Origin: Bacteroidota bacterium
Lineage (GTDB): Bacteria > Bacteroidota > Bacteroidia > Chitinophagales > Chitinophagaceae
NCBI GenBank assembly: GCA_049324295.1
Contig: JBMOKQ010000043.1
Coordinates: 10,746 to 74,745, forward strand
DNA: 64,000 bases
Reading direction: 5' to 3'
Below are positions 36,862-46,730 of this stretch, in pieces. Under the pieces are notes generated by a model, which was not told the DNA's origin, ran no database searches, and saw only the letters and a program-made list of their open reading frames with translations. A program made the translations under genes and the position numbers. The first letter of the stretch is position 1. Each line of letters begins with the position of its first letter.

Positions 36862-37076
36862 ACCCCGTAGGGGGTTACACAATGTGGCTCAATGTATGGG
36901 AGCTGATTTTTTATGACCCCGTGTGGGTCACAAACCTTCGCATGACGGATGAATCATTTTGTAAACCGTTATTAATTGAAATGTGTGTTATGCTTGCGTA
37001 TGTAACCCCTCCGGGGTAATACATTTCTCCGGGCATCGGGGGGCTACAATATGTAACCCCTCCGGGGTTAGGGGGT
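36862..37076. repeat. Cluster of short REP-like palindromes (CCCCTCCGGGG / CCCCGTAGGGG)
   Basis: ATGTAACCCCTCCGGGGT twice plus variants between the two MITE-like copies. Confidence 0.6.
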
Positions 37077-37116
37077 GGTTTAATGATGTTGTTGTTTATT
37101 GATTCGTTAACCTGTT

Positions 37117-37222
37117 AAGTACCCCAGTCAGAATTAAATGTAAACAATAGCACAACAGGTACGGATAGCTTATACTATATTTTTTGAAAAAGAAAGTATA
37201 ATTTAATTCTTACGGGGTACTT
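37117..37222. mobile_element. MITE-like element, copy 2 (direct repeat of copy 1)
   Basis: Near-identical internal sequence GAATTAAATGTAAACAATAGCACAACAGGTACGGATAGCTTATACT. Confidence 0.65.
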
Positions 37223-37333
37223 ATTTCAAATACGATATACCATTTTGTAAGCTACCTAACATTCGTAAGCCCTCATTTTACATTTTTTTTACAAAAAAGT
37301 CTACTTATTTGGTAGGGAATATATTTTTCCCCT

Positions 37334-37341
37334 TATCTTTG
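37334..37341 (+). promoter_or_regulatory. -7 promoter box (TATCTTTG) of the cys operon
   Basis: TAnnTTTG match just 5' of the riboswitch. Confidence 0.65.
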
Positions 37342-37356
37342 TATCCGTTCTTATAC

Positions 37357-37470
37357 ATCTTATCAAGAAAGGCGGAGGGAATAGGCCCTGTGAAGCCTTG
37401 GCAACCACTTCCGCCTTAGGCCGAAAAAGGTGCCAAATCCGGTCCCGCCTAAAGCGGGAAGAGATAAGTC
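37357..37470 (+). ncRNA. SAM-I (S-box) riboswitch
   Basis: CTTATCAAGA-AAGGCGGAGGGA..GGCCCTGTGAAGCCT-TGGCAACC...AAGGTGCCAAATCC...GAGATAAG consensus upstream of sulfur genes. Confidence 0.93.
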
Positions 37471-37500
37471 AGTCTTCTTATACAGCAACTGTAACAATAC

Positions 37501-37535
37501 AAGGCATTCTGACTGAGCATCGATTGCCTTTTTTT
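37501..37535 (+). terminator. Riboswitch expression-platform terminator
   Basis: AAGGCA...TGCCTT plus a T-tract downstream of the aptamer. Confidence 0.55.
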
Positions 37536-37566
37536 ATAAGATGCCTGGAACGATATAAACAAGCGT

Positions 37567-37644
37567 ATGCAATTCAACAACATGAAACACTTATCAATCG
37601 CAGATGGTTATAGCTGTTGTTGTGCCTGTATTAAACTGAACTGA
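37567..37644 (+). CDS. Putative Cys-rich leader peptide MQFNNMKHLSIADGYSCCCACIKLN
   Basis: Hand translation; TGT TGT TGT GCC TGT; ends 49 nt before cysH; alternative ATG at 37582. Confidence 0.5.
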   Translation: MQFNNMKHLSIADGYSCCCACIKLN

Positions 37645-37693
37645 TATTGTTCATACCTGTTCTTGCCGGTTTTTATCGATCCAAACAAAAATT

Positions 37694-38434
37694 ATGTCAC
37701 AAGTTCTCAATAGCAGCATAGCTGCGAATGTACAACAGCAAATAAGGGGTCGCTCCATCGAAGAGGCGATTGCATTGATGGTGGCTACCTATCCTGCTGC
37801 TGTTACCTTTTCAACCAGTTTTAGTTACGAGGACCAGGTGATAACAGATATTATTCACAGTAATCATTTCCCTGTATCCTTGTTTACACTAGATACGGGC
37901 CGTCTTTTTCCGGAAACCTATAGTACCTGGAGCCGTACGCTGGAGTTTTATAAAACCAGCATCAAAGCATATTATCCGGATGCGCAGGCATTGTCTGATT
38001 ATATTGAAACCAATGGCCCCAATGCATTTTATGATTCACCTGAACTCAGGTTGGCCTGTTGTACCATCAGAAAAGTAATACCCTTACAAAAAGCATTGTC
38101 TGGTAACGCTGTCTGGATAACGGGTTTAAGAGCCGAACATTCACCGGCGCGCCAGGACCTTACAACAATTGAATGGGATGTAACAAACCAGGTAATAAAA
38201 TATCATCCATTATTAAACTGGACAACAGAGGAAGTAAAACAGTATATCCATCAAAAAGCAATTCCTTATAATCCTTTACACGATAAAGGTTTTGTAAGTA
38301 TTGGTTGTGCACCTTGTACAAGGGCCATTAAACCGGGGGAAGATTTCAGGGCAGGCCGTTGGTGGTGGGAAGACAATAGTAAAAAAGAATGTGGATTGCA
38401 TTCACATGCAACAAAAACAACAACAGCAGTATGA
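37694..38434 (+). CDS. cysH: Assimilatory APS/PAPS reductase; 4Fe-4S APS-reductase type
   Basis: FSTSF, LDTGRLF, ACCTIRKV (CC), SIGCAPCT (CxxC), RAGRW, KECGLH. Confidence 0.95.
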   Translation: MSQVLNSSIAANVQQQIRGRSIEEAIALMVATYPAAVTFSTSFSYEDQVITDIIHSNHFPVSLFTLDTGRLFPETYSTWSRTLEFYKTSIKAYYPDAQALSDYIETNGPNAFYDSPELRLACCTIRKVIPLQKALSGNAVWITGLRAEHSPARQDLTTIEWDVTNQVIKYHPLLNWTTEEVKQYIHQKAIPYNPLHDKGFVSIGCAPCTRAIKPGEDFRAGRWWWEDNSKKECGLHSHATKTTTAV

Positions 38435-39339
38435 GTGCGTACAGATTAGATTATCTCGATCAGTTAGAATCGGAAGCCATACATATTATGCGTGAAGTGG
38501 CGGGGCAATTCGAAAAACCTGCTTTACTATTCAGTGGCGGTAAAGATTCCATTACCCTGGTACACCTGGCGCTGAAAGCCTTTCGTCCGGGTAAATTTCC
38601 TTTTCCACTGGTACATATTGATACGGGGCATAATTTTCCGGAAGCCTTGCAGTTCAGGGATGAGCTGGCGTTAACTATTGGTGAAAAACTGGTGGTGCGT
38701 AAGGTAGAAGATACCATTAAGTCAAAACAATTAACTGAACCCAAAGGAAAATTTGCAAGCAGAAATGCATTACAGACATACACTTTACTCGATACCATTG
38801 AGGAGTTTGGTTTTGATGCATGTATCGGAGGTGCCCGCCGCGATGAGGAGAAAGCAAGGGCCAAAGAAAGAATATTTTCTGTAAGAGATGAGTTCGGTCA
38901 ATGGAATCCCAAACTGCAGCGTCCTGAATTATGGAATACGTACAACGGGCGTATCAGTAAAGGAGAAAATGTGCGGGTGTTTCCCATCAGTAACTGGACC
39001 GAACTGGATGTCTGGAACTACATCAAAAGAGAAAACATTGCATTACCCTCCATTTACTTTGCGCACGAACGCACGGTATTGGAACATGAAGGACAGTTGA
39101 TTGCTTTATCTGAGTTTATACAACTGGATGATACCGATTCAATTGTTACTAAAAAAGTACGTTACCGTACAGTGGGCGATATGACCTGTACCGCAGCCGT
39201 AGAATCAGATGCTACAGGTATAGATGATATCATCAGGGAAATTACCGCTACTAAAACCAGTGAACGTGGCGAAACAAGAATTGATGATAAAGTAAGTGAA
39301 GCAGCGATGGAAGACAGAAAAAAGAATGGTTATTTCTAA
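38431..39339 (+). CDS. cysD: Sulfate adenylyltransferase subunit 2
   Basis: LFSGGKDS, GGARRDEEKARAKER, VFPISNW, RYRTVGD, RKKNGYF. Confidence 0.97.
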   Translation: MSAYRLDYLDQLESEAIHIMREVAGQFEKPALLFSGGKDSITLVHLALKAFRPGKFPFPLVHIDTGHNFPEALQFRDELALTIGEKLVVRKVEDTIKSKQLTEPKGKFASRNALQTYTLLDTIEEFGFDACIGGARRDEEKARAKERIFSVRDEFGQWNPKLQRPELWNTYNGRISKGENVRVFPISNWTELDVWNYIKRENIALPSIYFAHERTVLEHEGQLIALSEFIQLDDTDSIVTKKVRYRTVGDMTCTAAVESDATGIDDIIREITATKTSERGETRIDDKVSEAAMEDRKKNGYF

Positions 39340-39349
39340 AACAAAACAC

Positions 39350-40591
39350 ATGGACTTACTCCGATTTATAACAGCAGGCAGTGTAGACGATGGTAAATCG
39401 ACCCTGATAGGTCGTTTATTATACGACAGTAAATCAATTATGATTGATCACCTGGAGGCACTGGAAAAACAAAGCAAAAACAAGGAAGATGGTGAGATAG
39501 ATCTTGCACTGCTTACCGATGGCTTACGCGCAGAAAGAGAGCAGGGAATAACTATTGATGTAGCGTATAAATATTTCGCCACACCCAAACGCAAATTTAT
39601 TATTGCTGACGCACCGGGTCATGTGCAATATACCCGTAATATGGTAACGGGTGCATCTAATTCAGACCTCGCTATCATTCTTATTGATGCCAGGCAAGGT
39701 GTGGTGGAACAAACGAGAAGACATTCCATCATTGCATCGCTCTTAAACATTCCACATATTGTTGTGGCCATTAACAAAATGGACCTGGTGAATTACGCGC
39801 AGGATGTGTACAACAATATTGTAATTGACTATGCAGATGTGGCAAAAAAACTGGGACTTAAAGATGTACGTTATATACCCATCAGTGCATTAAACGGAGA
39901 TAATATTGTTGAGAGAACAGAAGCACTCACCTGGTACGAAGGACCTTCACTGCTTGAAATACTGGAAACTGTAGAGCTGGCCGATGATATAGATTTAGTG
40001 AAAGCCCGTTTTCCGGTACAATATGTAATACGTCCGCAAACAGAAGACTTACACGATTATCGTGGGTATGCCGGAAAAATAAACAGTGGTATCTATAAAA
40101 AAGGAGATAAGGTAACTGTGTTACCTGCCGGTATCAGCAGTACCATCAAAGCAATTGAACACAATGGGAAAGAGGTAGCAACAGCATTTGCCCCGCAAAG
40201 TGTAGTAATACATTTGGAAGATGATATTGATATCGGCCGCGGTGACCTGATTGTACAAAATGAAAATCAGCCAAAAGTTACCAATGAAATAGAAGCCTTA
40301 TTGTGCTGGATGGATCAGAAAGCATTGGTACCGGGTAATAAATACTTATTACAGATCAACAGTAAACAGGTACGTTCGGTAGTAAAAGAAGTAAGTTATA
40401 AGCTGGATGTACATACACTGGAACAGATTGCGTCACCCGCAACTGTATCCTTGAATGATATTGTAAAAGTAACGATCAAAACAGCTGGACCTGTGGCTTA
40501 CGATGCTTACCAGGAACTGAGAACCAATGGTGGCGCTATTTTAATTGATGAAACGAGTCATGTAACCGTTGGGGCATGTATGATTCAATAA
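39350..40591 (+). CDS. cysN: Sulfate adenylyltransferase subunit 1 (GTPase), no APS-kinase fusion
   Basis: GSVDDGKSTLIGRLL, EREQGITIDVAY, DAPGH, NKMD. Confidence 0.97.
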   Translation: MDLLRFITAGSVDDGKSTLIGRLLYDSKSIMIDHLEALEKQSKNKEDGEIDLALLTDGLRAEREQGITIDVAYKYFATPKRKFIIADAPGHVQYTRNMVTGASNSDLAIILIDARQGVVEQTRRHSIIASLLNIPHIVVAINKMDLVNYAQDVYNNIVIDYADVAKKLGLKDVRYIPISALNGDNIVERTEALTWYEGPSLLEILETVELADDIDLVKARFPVQYVIRPQTEDLHDYRGYAGKINSGIYKKGDKVTVLPAGISSTIKAIEHNGKEVATAFAPQSVVIHLEDDIDIGRGDLIVQNENQPKVTNEIEALLCWMDQKALVPGNKYLLQINSKQVRSVVKEVSYKLDVHTLEQIASPATVSLNDIVKVTIKTAGPVAYDAYQELRTNGGAILIDETSHVTVGACMIQ

Positions 40592-40600
40592 CAATCAACT

Positions 40601-41434
40601 ATGTCAGAAGAAATTTTTATACAGCAACTGTTTCAACGTAACAGAAAATCGTACCAGGCTTTTCCGGATAAGGTATTGGTGGAAAATTTTATTGATGACC
40701 TGTTCAATTTTTTGTTTGGTTCATATGAAAAGAAATTCAATTCAGCAGAAAAACTCTCTGCAGAATACCATGAATTGCGTCATACTTTTTCGGCTATATT
40801 GTTTGAGGTAATCAGGGAAGAGAAAAAAGTAAAAGAGCATACCAGTAGTTTTTTCAATGCGTTACCATCACTTTACAAAGCCCTGTTGGAAGATGCTGAC
40901 GCAGTATTGGCATTTGATCCGGCTGCACAATCTATTGAAGAAGTGTTGGTGGCTTATCCGGGCTTTTATGCAACAGCTATTTATCGTCTGTCGAACCAGT
41001 TATACCGTCAGCAGATAAAAACACTACCCCGGTTGTTTTCGGAATATGCACACAGTAAAACGGGGATAGATATTCATCCCGGAGCTGTTATTGGTACATC
41101 ATTTGCGATTGATCATGGAACAGGTATTGTAATAGGAGAAACAACAGTTATTGGTGAGCGGGTAAAAATATACCAGGGTGTAACACTCGGCGCATTGAAT
41201 GTAGATAAGGAACTGGCCAGTACCAAGCGTCATCCAACCATTGAAGATGATGTGATCATTTATTCGGGTGCCACTATTTTAGGAGGTGGAACCGTAATTG
41301 GGGCAGGCAGTATTATTGGTGGTAATATCTGGCTTACACACAGCGTGGCAGCTAATTCTGTTGTATACCATAAGAGCGAAATAAAAATAAAAGATAAAGA
41401 CCCTTTTCCTGAACCACTAAATTTTGTGATTTAA
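40601..41434 (+). CDS. cysE: Serine O-acetyltransferase
   Basis: [33 protein letters not shown] hexapeptide repeats. Confidence 0.95.
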   Translation: MSEEIFIQQLFQRNRKSYQAFPDKVLVENFIDDLFNFLFGSYEKKFNSAEKLSAEYHELRHTFSAILFEVIREEKKVKEHTSSFFNALPSLYKALLEDADAVLAFDPAAQSIEEVLVAYPGFYATAIYRLSNQLYRQQIKTLPRLFSEYAHSKTGIDIHPGAVIGTSFAIDHGTGIVIGETTVIGERVKIYQGVTLGALNVDKELASTKRHPTIEDDVIIYSGATILGGGTVIGAGSIIGGNIWLTHSVAANSVVYHKSEIKIKDKDPFPEPLNFVI

Positions 41435-41444
41435 AAAAAATACA

Positions 41445-42356
41445 ATGAAGGCAAACAGCATTTTAGCAACAATTGGTAATACACCACATGTACGCATCAA
41501 TAAACTTTTTGGTAATAAGCATGAAGTATGGTTAAAACTGGAAAAAAATAATCCGGGTAACAGTATTAAAGACCGTATTGCATTGTCGATGATTGAAGAT
41601 GCGGAGCAAAAAGGGTTACTGAATAAAGACAGTGTAATTATTGAACCTACCAGTGGTAACACCGGTATTGGTCTGGCACTGGTAGCTGCTGTAAAAGGCT
41701 ATAAGATTATTCTTGTAATGCCGGAGAGCATGAGTATTGAACGCAGGCGACTGATGGCTTTATATGGTGCGGAGTTTGTACTTACACCCCGTGAAAAAGG
41801 AATGAAAGGAGCTATCGAAAAAGCAACAGAATTAACACAAACCACACCCAATGCGTGGATGCCACAACAATTCGATAACCCGGCCAACACTGAAATACAC
41901 AGAAAAACAACAGCACAGGAAATACTGGCCGATTTTCCGGAAGGACTTGATTATATTATTACCGGTGTGGGTACCGGCGGACATATAACCGGCGTTGCAG
42001 AAATACTGAAAGAAAAATTCCCGGCACTGAAAGTATTTGCAGTAGAACCGGAATTGTCGCCCGTGTTAAGTGGTGGCGCACCATCTCCACACCCATTACA
42101 GGGAATCGGTGCCGGTTTTGTACCCTCTATTTTAAATACCAGCGTATTGGATGGAATTATACAGGTAGGTAAAGAGGAGGCATTCTCTTTTGCACAAAGA
42201 GCCGCAAAAGAAGAAGGTATTTTATTAGGCGTATCATCAGGCGCGTCACTGGCAGCAGTGGCAAAAAAATTACCTGAAATACCTGCCGGATCAAAAGTAC
42301 TCACCTTTAATTATGATACAGGTGAAAGGTATTTATCAATAGAAGGGTTATTCTAA
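41445..42356 (+). CDS. cysK: Cysteine synthase A
   Basis: [14 protein letters not shown] (PLP Lys), [23 protein letters not shown]. Confidence 0.97.
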   Translation: MKANSILATIGNTPHVRINKLFGNKHEVWLKLEKNNPGNSIKDRIALSMIEDAEQKGLLNKDSVIIEPTSGNTGIGLALVAAVKGYKIILVMPESMSIERRRLMALYGAEFVLTPREKGMKGAIEKATELTQTTPNAWMPQQFDNPANTEIHRKTTAQEILADFPEGLDYIITGVGTGGHITGVAEILKEKFPALKVFAVEPELSPVLSGGAPSPHPLQGIGAGFVPSILNTSVLDGIIQVGKEEAFSFAQRAAKEEGILLGVSSGASLAAVAKKLPEIPAGSKVLTFNYDTGERYLSIEGLF

Positions 42357-42359
42357 ATC

Positions 42360-42397
42360 TTTTCCTTACCCCGGATTTAAATCCGGGGTAAGGAAAA
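42360..42397. repeat. Perfect 38-bp palindrome centred on ATTTAAAT
   Basis: TTTTCCTTACCCCGGATTTAAATCCGGGGTAAGGAAAA. Confidence 0.9.
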
Positions 42398-42453
42398 AAG
42401 AGAAAATAAGTTCTCTTTTTTTAGGCAATAATAATCTACTAAAAAAGTAGACA

Positions 42454-43308
42454 ATGAGCAAGCAACAAACATATGGAAAAGTCATTCTCGCATCAGCAGG
42501 TCCTGGCGATCCGGAACTGGTTACAGTTAAAACTGCTCGCTGGTTGTCACAGGCCGATATTGTGTTGACAGATCGTTTGGTGAGCCCGGAAATACTCAGC
42601 AATTACGTTAATAAAAATGCTGAGATCATTTATGTAGGGAAACAATGTAGAAGGGGAATTTCCACACCACAGCAAACCATTAATGAATTACTGGTTGAGT
42701 ATGCATCAAAATATGAGGTAGTGGTTCGTTTGAAAGGTGGCGATACCAGTATTTTTTCCAATGTACTGGATGAACTGGAAACATTGGTACAGTATCAGGT
42801 ACCTTATGAAATTGTTCCAGGGGTAACGGCTGCATTGGGCGCAGCTGCCTATGCAGGTATTCCCTTAACGGCAAGAGGCTTATCGGTAGGGGTTCGTTTA
42901 CTTACTTATTATAAATCAGATATTGTTGCCGCTGAAACCTGGAAAGAACTGGCACAAACAGATGATACCCTGGTATTTTATATGTCGGGCGAAACATTAT
43001 CAACAGTTGTACAACAACTAACCCAACATGGTATTGATGCGGCAAAAAAACTGGCAGTTATAGAACAGGCCACTACGCCTTTACAACAAATTCATACCTG
43101 TAATCTTTATCAATACACAGAACAGTTAAAAGATAAAACCTTCCGTTCACCGTCACTGGTTATTATTGGTAAGGTAGTAGCCCTGCATGAACAGTTTGCC
43201 TGGCTGCCGGATATAAGTAGTACAGAACATTATTTTACGCCGCTTACGGGCCGGCTTACGCAGTTAGAAGAAACACCCACAAAAAAGAGACATGTTAGCA
43301 GAGCCTAA
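42454..43308 (+). CDS. cobA: Uroporphyrinogen-III C-methyltransferase
   Basis: AGPGDPELVT, VVRLKGGD, VPGVTAA, AGIPLT, FYM. Confidence 0.94.
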   Translation: MSKQQTYGKVILASAGPGDPELVTVKTARWLSQADIVLTDRLVSPEILSNYVNKNAEIIYVGKQCRRGISTPQQTINELLVEYASKYEVVVRLKGGDTSIFSNVLDELETLVQYQVPYEIVPGVTAALGAAAYAGIPLTARGLSVGVRLLTYYKSDIVAAETWKELAQTDDTLVFYMSGETLSTVVQQLTQHGIDAAKKLAVIEQATTPLQQIHTCNLYQYTEQLKDKTFRSPSLVIIGKVVALHEQFAWLPDISSTEHYFTPLTGRLTQLEETPTKKRHVSRA

Positions 43309-44983
43309 ACTGAAAATATTAGCTGATTTAATCGGCCAGCTCAATAAAGAAGAATTGATCTGGGTAAATGGATATTTGTCTGGTCTTGTTGCAGAACCCA
43401 TTACGCAAACATCAGTAGCCATTAATGCTGCAGCTGCAAAAAAACTAACCATCGCCTATGGCACAGAAACCGGCAATTCAAAAAAACTGGCCACAGATTT
43501 TGCATCAAAAGCAAAAAAGAAGGGTATTCAAACCAAACTAGTAAGTCTCGATCAGTATAAGCTTACTGAATTACCAAAAGAAGAATATTTTGTTACTGTT
43601 ATCAGTACACAGGGTGATGGAGAGCCGCCTGTAGCCGCACAAAAATTTTATGACCATATTCATAATAACGGTTTTAAGCTGCAGCAACTAAAATATGGTG
43701 TACTTGCATTGGGTGATACAGCTTATCCCATGTTTTGCAAAACAGGAGAAGATGTAGACAAGCAGTTACAGTACCTGGGTGGAGAAAGAATTGCAGGTCT
43801 GCAAAAATGTGATCTTGATTATGAAAATACCGCCCAACAGTGGTTTGATACTGTTTTACAGCAACTGCATACTACCGAAAAAACTACCATAGCAATCAAA
43901 ACTCCTGTGGAAGAAAAAAAACCGGCAGGAAAATTATACTACGATGGGGTTGTACAATCAAATATTAACCTGGCGGCAACAGGGTCTTCAAAAAATATAT
44001 ATCATATTGAACTGGTGGCGGATGGAGTAGGGTTTTTTTCGGGTGATTCAATCGGTATTGTTCCCGGGAATGATGTATTGCTGGTAGATCGGTTATTGCA
44101 ACTGGTATCGATAGATGGAAATAAAACGATTAGCTGGAAAAATGAAACAGCATCGATAAGAGAACTGCTGATTTCAAAAATCAATATCAGTTACCTGTTG
44201 GAAAAATCTGTAAAGTATTATGCCACAATCAGTGGTTATGAAATTCCTGCCTTTAAAACAGATCTTTTATCGTTGGTAAAACAATATCCATTATCCAGAC
44301 CTGAACTATTTGAACAAATTATTGAGGGGCTCACACAGATAGTGCCACGTATTTATAATATTTCTTCTTCCCCTGCTGCACATAATGGAGAAGTACACAT
44401 TACTGTGTTGCGGGATGTATTTAAAAAAGACGAACAGGAACAAACCGGTTTGTGTACACAGTTTTTGGAAAATAAAAAAGAAGGAGATACCGTACGGTTT
44501 TTTATTCAGGGCAATAAAAAATTTCGCTTACCCGCACAGGATAAAGATATCATTATGATAGGTCCGGGTACAGGTATTGCACCATTCCGTTCATTTGTAG
44601 CAGAACGTGATGCAGTAGCAGCAAGTGGAAAAAACTGGTTGTTCTTCAGCGAGGATCAGTTTACCACTGATTTTTTATACCAAACCGAATGGCAAAGCTG
44701 GTTTGAAACAGATGTGCTTACAAGAGTAACCCTTGCATTTCAGAATGGTATTTCAGATGCACCAACACTGGCTGATAAATTGATAGAACAGGGAGCGGAA
44801 TTATTTGCATGGCTCGAAGCGGGGGCATCGCTATACCTCTGCGGAGAAAAAGAACCGGCAGGCAAAGCCATTGAACAAGCTTTAATAAAAGTATTCCAAA
44901 CCCAAACCGGAGATGAAGCAGCCGCTAATGCATACTTCGAAAAACTTAAAAAGGAAAATCGTTACGTAAAAGACCTCTATTAA
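43292..44983 (+). CDS. cysJ: Sulfite reductase flavoprotein subunit (diflavin)
   Basis: YGTETGNS, STQGDGEPP flavodoxin domain, R.YNISSS, MIGPGTGIAPFRSF, DFLYQTEW. Confidence 0.88.
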   Translation: MLAEPKLKILADLIGQLNKEELIWVNGYLSGLVAEPITQTSVAINAAAAKKLTIAYGTETGNSKKLATDFASKAKKKGIQTKLVSLDQYKLTELPKEEYFVTVISTQGDGEPPVAAQKFYDHIHNNGFKLQQLKYGVLALGDTAYPMFCKTGEDVDKQLQYLGGERIAGLQKCDLDYENTAQQWFDTVLQQLHTTEKTTIAIKTPVEEKKPAGKLYYDGVVQSNINLAATGSSKNIYHIELVADGVGFFSGDSIGIVPGNDVLLVDRLLQLVSIDGNKTISWKNETASIRELLISKINISYLLEKSVKYYATISGYEIPAFKTDLLSLVKQYPLSRPELFEQIIEGLTQIVPRIYNISSSPAAHNGEVHITVLRDVFKKDEQEQTGLCTQFLENKKEGDTVRFFIQGNKKFRLPAQDKDIIMIGPGTGIAPFRSFVAERDAVAASGKNWLFFSEDQFTTDFLYQTEWQSWFETDVLTRVTLAFQNGISDAPTLADKLIEQGAELFAWLEAGASLYLCGEKEPAGKAIEQALIKVFQTQTGDEAAANAYFEKLKKENRYVKDLY

Positions 44984-45050
44984 AAATAAACTATTCTCCA
45001 AAGAAGTCCTTCGGACACGATTAACCATTCACGAATCACGAACCACATCT

Positions 45051-46709
45051 ATGTCAAATAACAAACCCTCCCCCATTGAAAAAATAAAAACCTCCAGTAA
45101 AGGTCTTCGTGGCACATTACAGGAGAGTTTAACGGATGAAATTACCGGTGCCGTTCGTGAACAGGATCATGCATTGATTAAGTTTCATGGAATGTATGAA
45201 CAGGATGACCGCGATTTGCGTGAGGAACGTGCCGCTAAAAAACTGGATAAATTGTATTCATTTATGATCAGGTTGCGTATACCCGGGGGGTATATGAAAG
45301 CCGATCAATGGGTGGCGGCACACCATATTGCGGGAAGCTATTCCACCGGTGTTATTAAAATTACCACCAGGCAAACCATACAATTGCATGGTATTTTAAA
45401 GCACCAGATAAAACCAACACTCAAAGATTTTAATGCGGTGCATCTTGATTCCATTGCAGCCTGTGGCGACGTAAACAGGAACGTGGCCTGTACCAGTCAT
45501 CCTTCTGAATCGGCTATTCATGAAGAAGTACATGCATATGCCGATAAAATAAGCCGTTTGTTATTACCTAAAACAAGGGCTTTTTATGAAATATGGCTCG
45601 ATGAAGAAAAAATTGCGGAGTATGATGAAACCGATCCATTGTACCAGGATCGTTACCTGCCCCGAAAATTTAAAATCGGTATAGCCATACCACCCAATAA
45701 TGATGTGGATGTATTGACCAATGATTTGGGATTGATAGCCGTTATTGAAAATGACAAACTCATCGGTTTTAATATTGCTGTAGGAGGTGGCTTGTCAACC
45801 ACACATGGTAACCCCGATACTTATGCAAGACTGGCTACTGTAATTGGTTTTACGGCAGGTGAAGAGCAAACATTAAAAGCAGTGTATGAAGTGTTGACCA
45901 TACAAAGAGATTTTGGTAACCGTTCCGATCGTAAACTGGCGCGATTAAAATATACGCTCGATAAAATGGGTGTAGATACATTCAGAAAAGAATTAGAACA
46001 ACGTTGTGGTTTTAAACTGGAAGAAATAAAATCATACAAGTTTACAGAAAGAATAGATCGTTATGGCTGGCTGGCTGATTATAAAGGCAACTGGCATTAT
46101 ACATTGTTTGTAGAAAACGGAAGGGTAACTGATGAGGCCGATGTTCCGTTAAAGACAGCACTTCTGGAGCTGGCGGAAACAGGTAAATTGATTTTCCGTT
46201 TTACGAGTAACCAGAACCTGATATTGAGTGAGATTCGTCCAGACGATAAACCATTCATTGAAACAATGTTGCAGCGATATGGTATTATAGACAGAGATAA
46301 GGCTATCAGTGCCTTGAGAAAAAATGCCATTTCCTGTGTGGCTTTGCCTACCTGTCCGCTTGCGTTAGCAGAAGCACAACGATACCTGCCATCACTCATC
46401 AGTAAAATTGAACCGCTACTGGAAAAACATGCATTAGCAGGTGAAAACATTATTACCAGAATGACCGGTTGCCCGAATGGCTGTGCAAGGCCCTATGCAG
46501 CAGAAATTGGTTTGGTAGGCACCGGGCCGGGACGTTATAATTTTCATTTGGGTGGCGATCGTGAGGGTACACGGCTGAATACTACATATAAGGAACAACT
46601 CGATGAAACGGCCATATTGGCTGAACTTGATATCGTGTTTGAACAATATAACAAAAACAAGAACCAGCATGAAAGTTTCGGTGATTATGTACAAAGGGCC
46701 ATATTATAA
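45051..46709 (+). CDS. cysI: Sulfite reductase hemoprotein subunit
   Basis: KFHGMYEQDDRD, TTRQTIQ, LPRKFK, CVALPTC and TGCPNGC siroheme/4Fe-4S ligands. Confidence 0.96.
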   Translation: MSNNKPSPIEKIKTSSKGLRGTLQESLTDEITGAVREQDHALIKFHGMYEQDDRDLREERAAKKLDKLYSFMIRLRIPGGYMKADQWVAAHHIAGSYSTGVIKITTRQTIQLHGILKHQIKPTLKDFNAVHLDSIAACGDVNRNVACTSHPSESAIHEEVHAYADKISRLLLPKTRAFYEIWLDEEKIAEYDETDPLYQDRYLPRKFKIGIAIPPNNDVDVLTNDLGLIAVIENDKLIGFNIAVGGGLSTTHGNPDTYARLATVIGFTAGEEQTLKAVYEVLTIQRDFGNRSDRKLARLKYTLDKMGVDTFRKELEQRCGFKLEEIKSYKFTERIDRYGWLADYKGNWHYTLFVENGRVTDEADVPLKTALLELAETGKLIFRFTSNQNLILSEIRPDDKPFIETMLQRYGIIDRDKAISALRKNAISCVALPTCPLALAEAQRYLPSLISKIEPLLEKHALAGENIITRMTGCPNGCARPYAAEIGLVGTGPGRYNFHLGGDREGTRLNTTYKEQLDETAILAELDIVFEQYNKNKNQHESFGDYVQRAIL

Positions 46710-46730
46710 ACCAGGTGTATTAAAACTATT

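Noticed and set aside
37398-37613. 71-aa ORF in the track
   Set aside because: Runs through the SAM-I aptamer and terminator; no coding signature.
37694-40591. Missing cysC as an anomaly
   Set aside because: CysH has the CC/CxxC 4Fe-4S motifs of APS reductases, which do not need APS kinase.
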